DNA of 55,162 bases, counting the filler, from Thelocarpon superellum (lineage: Eukaryota): NCBI GenBank assembly GCA_026025795.1. It is 2 parts of 2 records of this genome, joined end to end, with 100 filler letters (N's around TTAATTAATTAA, not from the genome) between each part and the next. Parts side by side here need not be neighbours in the genome. Positions count along the whole stretch, not along the records: positions 1 to 27,553 come from JAPEUG010000243.1; positions 27,654 to 55,162 come from JAPEUG010000244.1. One strand, given 5' to 3'. The translations under genes were made by a program, and so were the position numbers. Shown piece after piece: positions 25,325 to 36,639 of this stretch (positions are counted from its first letter, which is position 1; each line of letters begins with the position of its first letter). Below the pieces are notes generated by a model. That model saw only the letters and a list, made by a program, of their open reading frames with translations. It was not told where the DNA came from and searched no databases.

Positions 25325-26767
25325 ATGGCCTAATCATCGACAGGAGCCAACTACTTCCACCTCCTCGAAGTGACTGATAGGTCAAGTCTCAACCAGATCT
25401 GTGCAGTGTGGAGGCGCCAGTCGAGACACACCCACCCTGATCACTTCCCAGCTGAGCAACAAGAGAGCCAGACGGTGAGACAGCAGGAAATCAACACAGC
25501 TCGAGACACCCTGATCAGCAACCTGCTACACATGGACTACATGCACACCAACCTACTCTCACTCAAGGAGTATTTCGCACTTGGGCCAGTGGAGAATCTC
25601 TGTGTGGTCCTGCCCCTCAACCCAGCTGAGGAAGGATCCCGCCCCACATCTCCAAATGGGCCATTTGGAGCGACTGAGGCAGGACCGCCCACCATGGAAA
25701 ATGTGTTCTGGAACGTCACCCTGGAGAAGGGGATCCTGATGGGAGAACTGCGAAGCGATCCACATCCCCGGCGTGTGGTGCTCAGGGTGTTCAATGAGAA
25801 TGGAGCAATAATGAGGTGTGTCTCCCCATTCAACTCTGCTGGGAACCTGATCAACGTGAGGGCCAACACCTTATACCGCACCTACTGGGGAGCCTCGGTG
25901 AAGCGACCTGACGTCGCCTACTACAAGGGATGGGGCAATGCAGTGACTACTGAGAAGGGCGAGGGAGTCAAGGTTTTTGAAGCAATGAGAGAGTGGGGAT
26001 GGACGGAAGGGTGGGGATACCAGGATTACCACCACATGCGCTGGTGCCACCATGCCCACACCAATACCGACAAGTCCCGCTGCTGGAAAGCCTCAGACAC
26101 CTACGACAATTTGAAGCTATTCAAGAAGACTAGGGTGAGTAGTGAACTAGTCAAGGGTGTCATGGATGGATCATTCCAGGGAATCAAGTCGGCCTACGAA
26201 GGAGTCTTGGAGGCGACGACAGAGACAGCAAGCTCAACGAACGACACCACAGCTTGGAAGAAAGGGAACGCGTACTTTGTCAACCTGCAATGATTGGTCG
26301 ATACTGCTAACATCCTTCTGGTGGAGCATCACGAAAAGGTGCCTGATTGGAAGGTGGAGGAAACACCCATGGGGGTGTCCCAATCCGACCATCCGGCAGC
26401 CAGTCACCCAGAAGCTGATCACCCAGCAGCGGGGCCCGACCCGCAGCACCCACATCCAGACAAAGGAGTGGGGCAATTGGCGGAAGCGCAAGCAGGGCAG
26501 ATGGCAGAGCAACCAACAGGTGAGGAGGGAGAGGAACTCGAGACCCCTGCTGTTGCTCTAGTACTTCAGCTAGAATACCATCCAGTCGAAGAAGAGATAG
26601 GGCCCATGGATTCGGTGATAATATCGGCCCCACTGACCCAATCGGAGGAGCCATCGACCCCGCCAAACCCGCTGGAAACCTCCACAGAGACTCCCGGATT
26701 CATTCTGATCTCAGACTCGCTGGACTATGCGCCACCATCGCTGTTCTCCACCTTCGATATCGAATAA
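25325..26767 (+). pseudogene. Accessory ORF3 of the retroelement: N-terminal DnaJ/J-domain (HPD), unassigned middle domain and acidic/Pro-rich tail; 480 aa if two stops are reverted
   Basis: The frame from ATG 25325 reads MA*SSTGANYFHLLEVTDRSSLNQICAVWRRQSRHTHPDHFPAEQQESQTVRQQEINTARDTL. ORFs 25370-26293 and 26294-26767 are in the same frame, separated by one TGA. Confidence 0.75.
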
Positions 26768-26850
26768 ACCCGACGAAAGGAACCACCTGCTCCATCTCAC
26801 CACTCAGTGCGACAGGTTTCTGCTAATCCGCCGAGGGCGGCGGATTTTTC

Positions 26851-26864
26851 GGGTGGGGGGGCGT
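26851..26864 (+). other. Polypurine tract
   Basis: GGGTGGGGGGGCGT lies directly before the 3' LTR and follows a T-tract. Confidence 0.8.
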
Positions 26865-27049
26865 TGTGGTGGATCTGGGGGATCACGTGCACTTTTACCT
26901 AATTATTTACTAGTCAGTGGTGCTTACCGAGACGGAACCCTATGCTATAAAAGGGTCGTCTCGCAGATAGCTGAATTCACCATCTTCACCCTCCACTGTG
27001 ATTGGTCCAATTTGCTGAATCCAAGAGGGAACCCTGCACCCGATCTTCA
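26865..27049 (+). repeat. 3' LTR (185 bp), least mutated copy; TATAAAA at 26946-26952
   Basis: TG...CA termini, followed by TSD GCGG. Retains every CpG that is mutated in the other two LTRs. Confidence 0.95.
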
Positions 27050-27230
27050 GCGGGCAGCCAATCATCAGCAGGGATGCGACCACCACCGCCGCGCACGAGG
27101 GTCCAAAGACCAGAATGAGCCCAAGAGAGCTGCAGGTCTAGTCGACGATCGTCGATCAAACGGCCGGTGGCGTTCGTAGGTGCCAAGAGCCAAGCACAGG
27201 AGGCACAGCCATTCTCTGCTTCCCGCAACC

Positions 27231-27553
27231 ATGTTTACTGGCATCGTCGAGACCATTGGGGGCAAGTGGTGACTCTTTCTTTACAGTCGGGTCTCAGAAG
27301 GAGATGCAACTGACGAATAGCGCAGTGGTGCTGGATCTGGTGGAAAAAGACGAGTCGGTCACCGGCGGTGGCGGCACCTCGTTGACCATTGCCGAGGCGA
27401 GCGACGTGCTCGGCGACGCCCATCTAGGGGATAGCATCAGCATCAACGGCACCTGCCTGACCATCACCGAATTGACGGCCGCGACCTTCAAGGTGGGTGT
27501 GGCGCCGGAGACGCTGCGCCGCACCAACTTGGGCTCGCTGGCCGTCTCGTCGC
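27231..27553 (+). CDS. RIB5: Riboflavin synthase (5' part, truncated at contig end)
   Basis: Diagnostic N-terminus MFTGIVETIG, an intron, then ...LGDSISINGTCLTITE...FKVGVAPETLRRTNLGSL. Confidence 0.93.
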
Positions 27554-27653
27554 NNNNNNNNNNNNNNNNNNNNNNNNNNNNNNNNNNNNNNNNNNNNTTA
27601 ATTAATTAANNNNNNNNNNNNNNNNNNNNNNNNNNNNNNNNNNNNNNNNNNNN
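27554..27653. other. Artificial contig spacer (N44-TTAATTAATTAA-N44)
   Basis: A six-frame stop linker flanked by Ns. The genes on both sides are cut off at it. Confidence 0.95.
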
Positions 27654-28183
27654 CTTCGCCGAACCGCAGGGCCAGGTCGCAGATGGCTTGGGTGCAGCTC
27701 TCGACGCGCAGCGGCTCGTTGTAGTGGAAGGCGTGGTTCTGCGACTCGACCCGGGCGTGTTCGATCATGGAACGTGCGTCAGCTTGGAGGCCCGACATGG
27801 CACATCCGATGTGGCGGTCGATCTCGACGATCTTCTCGACCGACGATGTCTCTAACAACGTTGATGTTACCCGCTTCTCCACTCCCAGGATGACCCCATC
27901 GTTCGTCGCGACCTACATGTCGCCGTTAGACGGTGGGCCAGATTGGGAGAGGCGGAGTGGGACGACGAACTCCGATGGCGGTAGATCCTAATTTGATTGC
28001 CTCGAGGGAATACTCCACTTGGAAGAGACGGCCTTCGGGTGAGAAGGTGCTACATGGCGTTAGATGGGTGGCCTGTCAGCTCCGTGACACAACGTACTTG
28101 ATACCACGGTCTGATTCACGTTAGTCGGGCCTTCTCGTCAGAGTGTTGGGAAAGCTACCATATTCTGATCGTGCAATAAACAT
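27654..28183 (-). CDS. PUP2: 20S proteasome subunit alpha-5 (5' part, truncated at contig end)
   Basis: [38 protein letters not shown]|...[40 protein letters not shown]...CDLALRFGE. Confidence 0.95.
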
Positions 28184-28255
28184 CTTGCGGAGCGGTGGGA
28201 GCTCTCCGAATCAGCCGAGGTCGATGCAAGACCGCGCAGGAATTGATCTTGGTGG

Positions 28256-28325
28256 CGAGGATGAGCTGGGAGTAAAGTCTCCGTGTACGAGGATGAGCTG
28301 GGAGTAAAGTCTCCGTGTACGAGGA
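28256..28325. repeat. 32-bp perfect tandem duplication upstream of PUP2
   Basis: CGAGGATGAGCTGGGAGTAAAGTCTCCGTGTA twice, followed by CGAGGA. Confidence 0.9.
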
Positions 28326-28405
28326 CGAGTAAAGAAAGGATGGTGGTCGTGGCGTTGAAGGTGCGCGTCGAGCTTGAGGTGCACAGTTGGGGGGCTACGA
28401 CACCT

Positions 28406-28429
28406 TGCCTGCCTGCCTGCCTGCCTGCC
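28406..28429. repeat. (TGCC)6 microsatellite
   Basis: Read directly from the sequence. Confidence 0.9.
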
Positions 28430-28681
28430 CACTTCGCCTGCTGGCCACGCTTGAGCTCGATCGTCAAACTCGCACGCTGCGAGACGTCCAGACCTCCTTC
28501 GCCTCACTAACCGTCAGGCATTCCTCTGTAAGCAAGTCGTAACGACTGGCCGCCCAAAGTTTAATCAGCGGCAGGCCTACCGACACCGACACGAACGGCG
28601 AGTGTCACGACGCGTGCGCCCACCAAGGAGCATCCCACTTCTCTACCACAGGATCATGCATTTGATGACCCAGGTCACAAC

Positions 28682-31593
28682 ATGTCCGCCACCAATACCC
28701 GAAGTGGACCCTACACCGATCGGAGAACCAGCGCCTCCAACGATTCGGCCGGTGTGAAGAGTCGTCCCATTTCCAGCCGGACTGGAGATCGAGAAACGCG
28801 GTCAACTCGACCCGGCCATCCTCCCGCCAGCAGCCATGGCCGAAATTCCGCCGCCGCTTCGAGTCGCACGCCAGATCATGGTCCAATTCAGACGGAACGA
28901 AGGACGGAAAAGACCCGCATCACCACCAAGGACACCATCTCCGTGCGCACCCGAAGCCCGGTCAAAGAGGTCGAGAGGACCGAGTCGAGGACCAAAGTGC
29001 GACGTCCCAGCTCCACGGGGCTTCGCAAGGAAAAAGAAAAGGAAAAGGACCCCGTTCAAGGTTCGTGAATGCCACAAGGCCACAAGGCCACAAGGCCACA
29101 AGGCCACACTTGGCTCGAGGCTGACAGGATTGCCATGTAGAACCTTGGAATCCACAGGTCCGACTCATGCCCCACACCTCCGCTCCGCTAGCCACGCGCA
29201 TCTCCGTCCCGGCATTGGCGTCACATGCGCCGCCGTCCTTACAGCCCACGCCCTTGAACCAGCTCTCTCTTGCAGCTCAAGAGGGCGGCATCTTGGACGA
29301 TCTGCTCTTCGTCTTCATGGGGTACGAGGGCCAGTACATTCGTTTCGTCGAGACGTACAGCCCATTGATCGAAAAGGATCGCTTGGCCGGTCCGACATTC
29401 CGCATCGCGCCCGGACTGGATCCCAGCCTGCGGGATCTGACCAGCGCCATGCTCAAGATGGCCACCCATTATGCCGCCATGGAAGCATTCGTCGATGTGC
29501 AGAGCCGCGAGGAATTTGGCGCGGTCAATCACGCCTTGTGCGCCGCCATTCGCCGATTGCTGAAGGACTATTTAGTGCTCCTGGCCCAGCTGGAGCATCA
29601 GTTCTTGACCAATCCCACCTTCACCCTACATGTCCTTCATCTCCACACCCTCCCGACCAGCCACATGCTCTCCCAGCTGTACTCCTTGGCCCACGAGCTC
29701 CTCCGGAAGAACTCGCTGCTCGAGGATGATCTCGAAGATTCGGCCGACGAGCTTGACGACGTCGACAACATCATCGAGGCCCTCAATCAGGGCGGCGAGC
29801 TGGGCCTCGGCAACATTCCCGGCAAGCGGCTCTGCAAAGGCGGCAGTGTGCTAGGTCTCATCACTCGACGATTGGCCTCCATGTCGGGTGATCCAGCCGC
29901 ACGCACCCTCCTCACCAGTCTTCTTCGAGAAGCCAGTACCCCGTACATGTCCATGTTGAACGAGTGGCTTCATCATGGTGGCATTCGCGACCCGCATGCC
30001 GAATTCCTCGTCAAAGAGCAGAAGAGCATCCGACGAGAAAGGCTCGAGGAGGACTATACCGACGAGTACTGGGAGAAGCGCTACACCCTTCGGGAGAGCG
30101 ATGTCCCTCCTCAGCTCGAGGGGGTCAAAGACAAGGTCCTCCTGGCGGGAAAGTACTTGAATGTGGTGCGGGAATGTGGCGGGGTGGACGTGAGCAACGA
30201 AGTCAAAGACGTGCCCAAGACCTTTGACGACGTGCGGTATGCCATCTCACCGCCCCCACTTCTCTTCGTCGGCCTCTGACTGAGTCGAACAGCTTTCTGG
30301 ACAACGTCAACGCGGCCTATGCCCACGCCAACTCCTCGCTCCTCAATCTGCTCCTCACGACCCACGCGCTGCCGGCACGACTGCGGTCGCTCAAGCACTA
30401 CTTCTTCCTCGACCGATCCGACTTCTTCTCCTACTTTCTCGAGCTGGGCACGTCGGAGCTCAAGAAGCCCGCCAAGCACGTCAACGTCAACAAGCTACAA
30501 TCGTTGCTCGATCTGGTCTTACGGCAGCCGGGTAGCGTGGCGGCGCAGGACCCGTTCAAGGAGGACGTCAAAGTGCAGATGAACGAAGTCAGCCTGACCA
30601 AGTGGCTGATGCGTGTCGTGAACGTATCAGGCATCGAGCAGGACTCGTGGCCGGCTGGGGGCATCGACACCTACCAGACGCCCGCCACGCAGCCCACGAC
30701 CAGCGAGGGAGACAAGCACGTGGTCGGCTTCGATGCTCTCGAACTCGACTACTCGGTCCCCTTTCCCCTCTCTCTCGTCATCAGTCGGAAGACGGTGCTT
30801 CGATATCAGCTCCTCTTCCGGTACCTGCTTTCCCTCCGCCACCTCGAGACCTTGCTGGTGGGGAGCTGGAACGAGCACAGCAAGGTCGTCAGCTGGCGCC
30901 ACAAGAGCGGCGACGCGAAGCTCGAGTCGTGGAAACGGCGCGCGTGGACCTTGCGCGCCAGGATGCTGGTCTTCGTGCAGCAGCTCCTCTACTTTTCCAC
31001 CGCCGAAGTCATCGAGCCGAACTGGCAGCGACTGATGGCCAACCTCGACGGCGGCACAAAAGAGGGCGACACCGCCGGCGTCAAGCAAGTCACGCGCACC
31101 GTGGACGAGCTGATGCAAGACCACGTCGATTTCCTCGACACGTGTCTCAAGGAATGCATGCTGACCAACTCCAAACTCTTACGCGTATGTCTCCCCAGTT
31201 GCACCGCCCCTTTCGCGTCAGCCTTCCCATCCTAATCTCTCCTTTCCTCCCTCCTAGCTCCACTCCAAGATAAGCACCACCTGCACCATGTTCGCCGCAC
31301 ACACGGCCTACTTCTCCAAGACGATTCTCTCGGCCGATCGGAGCCTAGCCCACACCACGAACCCACCGACCCCTTACGACCCCACGCGCATCGACAAGCT
31401 GAGCGACATTCTGCACAAGTACGAAGAGAACTTCAGTCGCCACCTGCGCATCCTCCTCGACGCACTGAACTATTACGCTGCCACCGAGACGGTCGTCTTG
31501 CTTGGCTTGTGTGCTAGACTGAGTACCGCGATGGAAGGCGCCGGTGGAAACGACGGGCTGGGAGCTTTTGGTGACAGGGCCGACCTGGGCTAG
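28682..31593 (+). CDS. SPC97: Gamma-tubulin complex component GCP2 (Spc97/Alp4)
   Basis: QEGGILDDLLFVFMGYEGQYI, LNEWLHHGGIRDPHAEF, YTDEYWEKRYTL, LLAGKYLNVVRECG, LDYSVPFPLSLVISRK and FLDTCLKECMLT. Introns at about 29061-29140, 30237-30292 and 31185-31257. Confidence 0.92.
29071..29108. repeat. (GCCACAAG)n minisatellite in GCP2 intron 1
   Basis: About 4.75 copies of an 8-bp unit. Confidence 0.9.
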
Positions 31594-31848
31594 CTGTGAC
31601 AATGAGCTGGGCTATGCAGGGGGCCAGGTCTCGGAGAGGCGTGCTTGGTGGTTTTCCAATTTTCGGCGGCAAGGGATGGCGGCGCACAAGGAGGGGCGAT
31701 TTGGGCTGTTGATGATACCTAGGTTCGCCAAGTCGATTGCGCTTGGTAAAGACGAGCCGGGACAAGATCTGACGCCTCGCTGTTCGCATCTAGCCTTAGG
31801 GAGGAATGATTGAATCAATGAAGAACGCGCGAGTCGACGCTCGTGCGG

Positions 31849-33105
<1,257 letters not shown>

Positions 33106-33438
33106 CTTGGTTGCGGACACACCCAGACAAGACTGTTGGTGTTTCCGCCGTTGAGGATTTGTCGACATTCGCGGCTTAGTCACCACCAATATTACATGTC
33201 TCGAGAGCTTGGGCTTCGTCATTCCTGCGCGGCCGAACCTTTTTGGGGAGAACGACCCCACTTGATGAGAACTCCAGCATTGCTGTACGTTTGATTCCTT
33301 CTGAGCGTATCAGGCCGTCTGCTTGTGCATACCGGTAGTTCCGTATACCAGGGTCTGCCCGCGACTCACAGTCTACAGGAACCCACCTCGAGCCCCACCA
33401 TGGTCTACTAGTCACCCATCTTCGCCCAAGCTGAAGCC

Positions 33439-34128
33439 ATGGACGCCGTCATGACAAACCTCGACGTGAACGAAGGGCACCGAGGCCGCGAGCGAGAGCG
33501 AAAAGCATCGAAAAGCTCCTACCAGGACTCCCCGCCCCGCAAAGCCCCACTTCGAGCATCGGAATCCCGCTCGCCACCTCCAAACCCCCACCACCAACAC
33601 CAGCGGATCCACCACGGCCGCCGTGACTCGTCGCTAGACTCCACACTCCGCGGACGTGTCCGACGACGCTCGCAGCCCCAGAAATCCCAGGATCAGGGAG
33701 CTGACGGCGGAGACGATCTGGACGCTTCTCCCCCCAACCCCGAATCTTACCAGAAGAACCGCGCACAGCACGGACGACGCCGATCACATTCCCCTTCGCG
33801 CTCCCAGACGCCTTCTCGCTCGCCTCGTCGGAGAAGATATCGATCCCGGTCGCGCCCGCGTCATCACGACCGCGTTCGTCCGAGTCGTCGGAGCCCCTAC
33901 GGTGCAGACGACCACGATTTCCGGGATCGTCGGCCCGATGAGGAGCTGATTCTACTCCAGGAGCAGGAGCGAGAGGGGGGGTGGGAGCGGTTCGACGGTG
34001 TGATTGAAGAGGAAGACGCTGAAAGGGACCATGGTGGAGGTCGAGGGTGGAGACCTCCCAGAGGACATGATTCAGATGTCAGTTTCAAGGGTCGCGGTCG
34101 CATGAATTACCGCGAGCGGCGCTTCTGA
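33439..34128 (+). CDS. Hypothetical Arg/Ser-rich protein, 229 aa
   Basis: Clean ATG-to-TGA ORF divergent from KRR1, with RS-rich low complexity and a C-terminal FKGRGRMNYRE. Function not recognised. Confidence 0.65.
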   Translation: MDAVMTNLDVNEGHRGRERERKASKSSYQDSPPRKAPLRASESRSPPPNPHHQHQRIHHGRRDSSLDSTLRGRVRRRSQPQKSQDQGADGGDDLDASPPNPESYQKNRAQHGRRRSHSPSRSQTPSRSPRRRRYRSRSRPRHHDRVRPSRRSPYGADDHDFRDRRPDEELILLQEQEREGGWERFDGVIEEEDAERDHGGGRGWRPPRGHDSDVSFKGRGRMNYRERRF

Positions 34129-35045
34129 GGACTGATTATCACGGGGAGCTCCTGGAATTAGGCGCCTCGAGGACCGTTTATCGTAGAGGCTTTCCGGGCA
34201 TTGGGCGTTTCAAGGACTATTTTCCATGGGAGGGCTCCAGGCATTGCGGGGCACCGTATCAATTCTTCCAATAGTCTGCAGAAGGAACTAGGTTGCTCGA
34301 TCGTAGAACATGTACCGTCTGATGGCTAGGGGTCATCCCTCCTCGTCTTGGCTTTTCCCTTTCCCCGTCGTCAGGACTGTAATCGTATGCATCTGTGCAT
34401 GGCCCTTGATAGGCCCTTGATCAATGTCCCTCTGTCCCGAGACTAGACTGGCCGCTTTCGCTTAGACTCGGTCAGGGTTCGGCTCAAGGCCAGGATAGAG
34501 CGGCACACAAGATAGGAGGGTCCAGCGATGAGTGAACGATCCCCTTGTGGTGGTCAGGGTGGCGTGGTGCGTGGAGCGCCGGAGGACTTTGGAGCGCAAC
34601 CATGCGACGCTCCTCTGTCCGATCCTCATCGACGCTTGAGCTGAAGGCGCATCCTGCAGCTCGCACCCGACTTAAGCGCGAAGTGCAGGAGGGAAGGTTA
34701 TGCAAATGAGCGACGGAATCTGGGAGAACCTGGATTCATCCTGCTGCCAACTTCACACGTCCGTCATGCATCCAGCGGCATCGTGTCGCCTGTCATTTCG
34801 ATTCCGTGGATGCACCTGGAAGGCTGGATGGATGATTCGAAAGGCAGTTTGTGCATGCAATACATGTCACTCACAGGTCGCTTGGCGCTCATAGTCCTCC
34901 CTCTCCATCCCTAGCTGCAGTGATTAGGTGTGCATCTTGCTGGCTCAGACATGAGGACCAGGACACACACGAGTACAAGAAAGCGTGGAGCGCGCGGTGG
35001 ACTCCAGCTGTTTCTCAGGTGTAATCCCTGCTCTCCCTCCTTGCA

Positions 35046-35938
35046 ATGTTGCCCATCGTCCTCCTTACACATCCTCTGCCCATCCTGTCGGTACTGCTGT
35101 GCAGCTGGGTGGGCAGCGTGTGCGGCACAACCGACTACAGTGGGAGACTATGGTCGTGGAAGGTGGAAAAGGCGGACAGCGCCCCGCTGACCGAGGGCCA
35201 GAGCTATCAGTTCGGGGATCACTTCAGCAGCGCGAAATCGCTCTGGCTGTACGGTCAGTGTGCCGGTGTTCTCGCCGGCTCGGCCTCGTCCCTGAATGAG
35301 ATCCAGTCACACCTCAGTCCGAGTTGCTGAAGGATCCTTATCGGCCCCGAGCGATTGGCCTGACGGATGACCAACGACTGAAAGACGTCTTCTCTCAATC
35401 GCGCGGGCAGGCGTCGGCGATCAAAACGGCATGGACCCATTATGCCGTCGACACTTATCTCCGCGCGTCCGAGGGCGTTCTCTACCTCGTGCTGCGGCTC
35501 CCCTACCACACCGCCTATTTCTCCAAGATCTTGGGTCCAAGCGATTCGGTCCTTCAGGAAGGGTACGATCCGTTTGGCCTCACCTCGTCTCGTGCATGCT
35601 CGGCATGAGGCTGCAAGCGCTTGTCCGGCTGACTTGGAACACCTTCAAGCTTCAGCTTCACTGCGCGAGACCCGTGGGTCCGATACTCGCAGAACCAAAA
35701 CCTGACCTATCACGGCGAGTCGATCGACTGGTACAGTGAGTGCACCGCACGTCACATCCGGCAGTGGCAGTCACCCGACGGTCACCTACCTTGGCACATT
35801 TGACACCCGGCAGATTGTCCGACTATCGAACCGCATGGGGAACTCATGTGGAGTACCGCCACGCTGCCAAAGGTCGTTGACCCCGACTGTGTCCAAGTGC
35901 GCTTAGTGAAGCAGAATCCACGGCAGATCCGGGCGTAG
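35046..35938 (+). CDS. Hypothetical secreted protein, 4 exons (about 240 aa)
   Basis: Signal-peptide-like MLPIVLLTHPLPILSVLLCSWVGSVCG. Introns GTCAGT..CAG (about 35254-35306), GTACGA..CAG (35563-35655) and GTGAGT..CAG (about 35736-35813) join in frame to ...IDWYNCPTIEPHGELMW...DPDCVQVRLVK...*. Confidence 0.65.
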
Positions 35939-36639
35939 AAGTGGACGCGCCAGAATCGATACGCGGGAGGCGAACCGAGCCGAGGCAGATGATGGATGCT
36001 TGCAGTATCAGAGCTGAGGCAGTTAGATAGAAAGCACTGATGAATTCTATAGTAGTATTTACACCCGCCGTAAGTGGCGGTTTGTCGACCACTTATAACT
36101 CGGCAAAGGACCCAATAGAACAACTCGCCCATCTCGGACAGGCTGCCCGTCTCTGTGGAGCCGCAGGCAACTGCGATGACGATTCATTGTCACGCGCCGC
36201 TTGGCTGTCCGGTAGGGTACCAGTTGACGCCCCGCCTGCTGCGTTCTCGGAGTCGGACCCGCCTCAAGCTGCAGCTCTGCGGTGTCGTCGGCTGAAGTGA
36301 AAGTGCAAGGTGGCAACGACCAGGTCGCTCGGCAATCTCAATTCTCCCGATACGACATGTGGGAGCGGTCCCAGCCGGTTCATGACCGTATCAATCGCTG
36401 CAAAGACGGCAGGTATATCCCGCGCCGCGACGCTTGTCAGCGGTCCGAATGGAGTAAGGATCCGAAAGACAAAAGTGACACGCCGTGATGGTGGGATTGG
36501 GATTGGTGGCGATCGAATGTCGGCGAATATCGTCGGTCCGGATTCCCATACTCAATGGAAGCATCGAGAAAGCGTCATAGGCACCTCGCCACGCTGCTTG
36601 CAAGTAATGACGTGCGACTCGCGCATGCCTCTCCGCAAC

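Larger units (their letters stand above)
15031..27049 (+). mobile_element. Ty3/Gypsy-type LTR retrotransposon (degenerate) with three LTRs and an accessory ORF
   Basis: 185-bp TG...CA LTRs at both ends and a 4-bp TSD GCGG (15027-15030 / 27050-27053). PBS follows the 5' LTR and a PPT precedes the 3' LTR. Internal order is gag-PR-RT-RH-IN. Confidence 0.95.

Noticed and set aside
28256..29108. Short direct repeats as a possible CRISPR-like array
   Set aside because: Eukaryotic context, and the units are tandem with no spacers.
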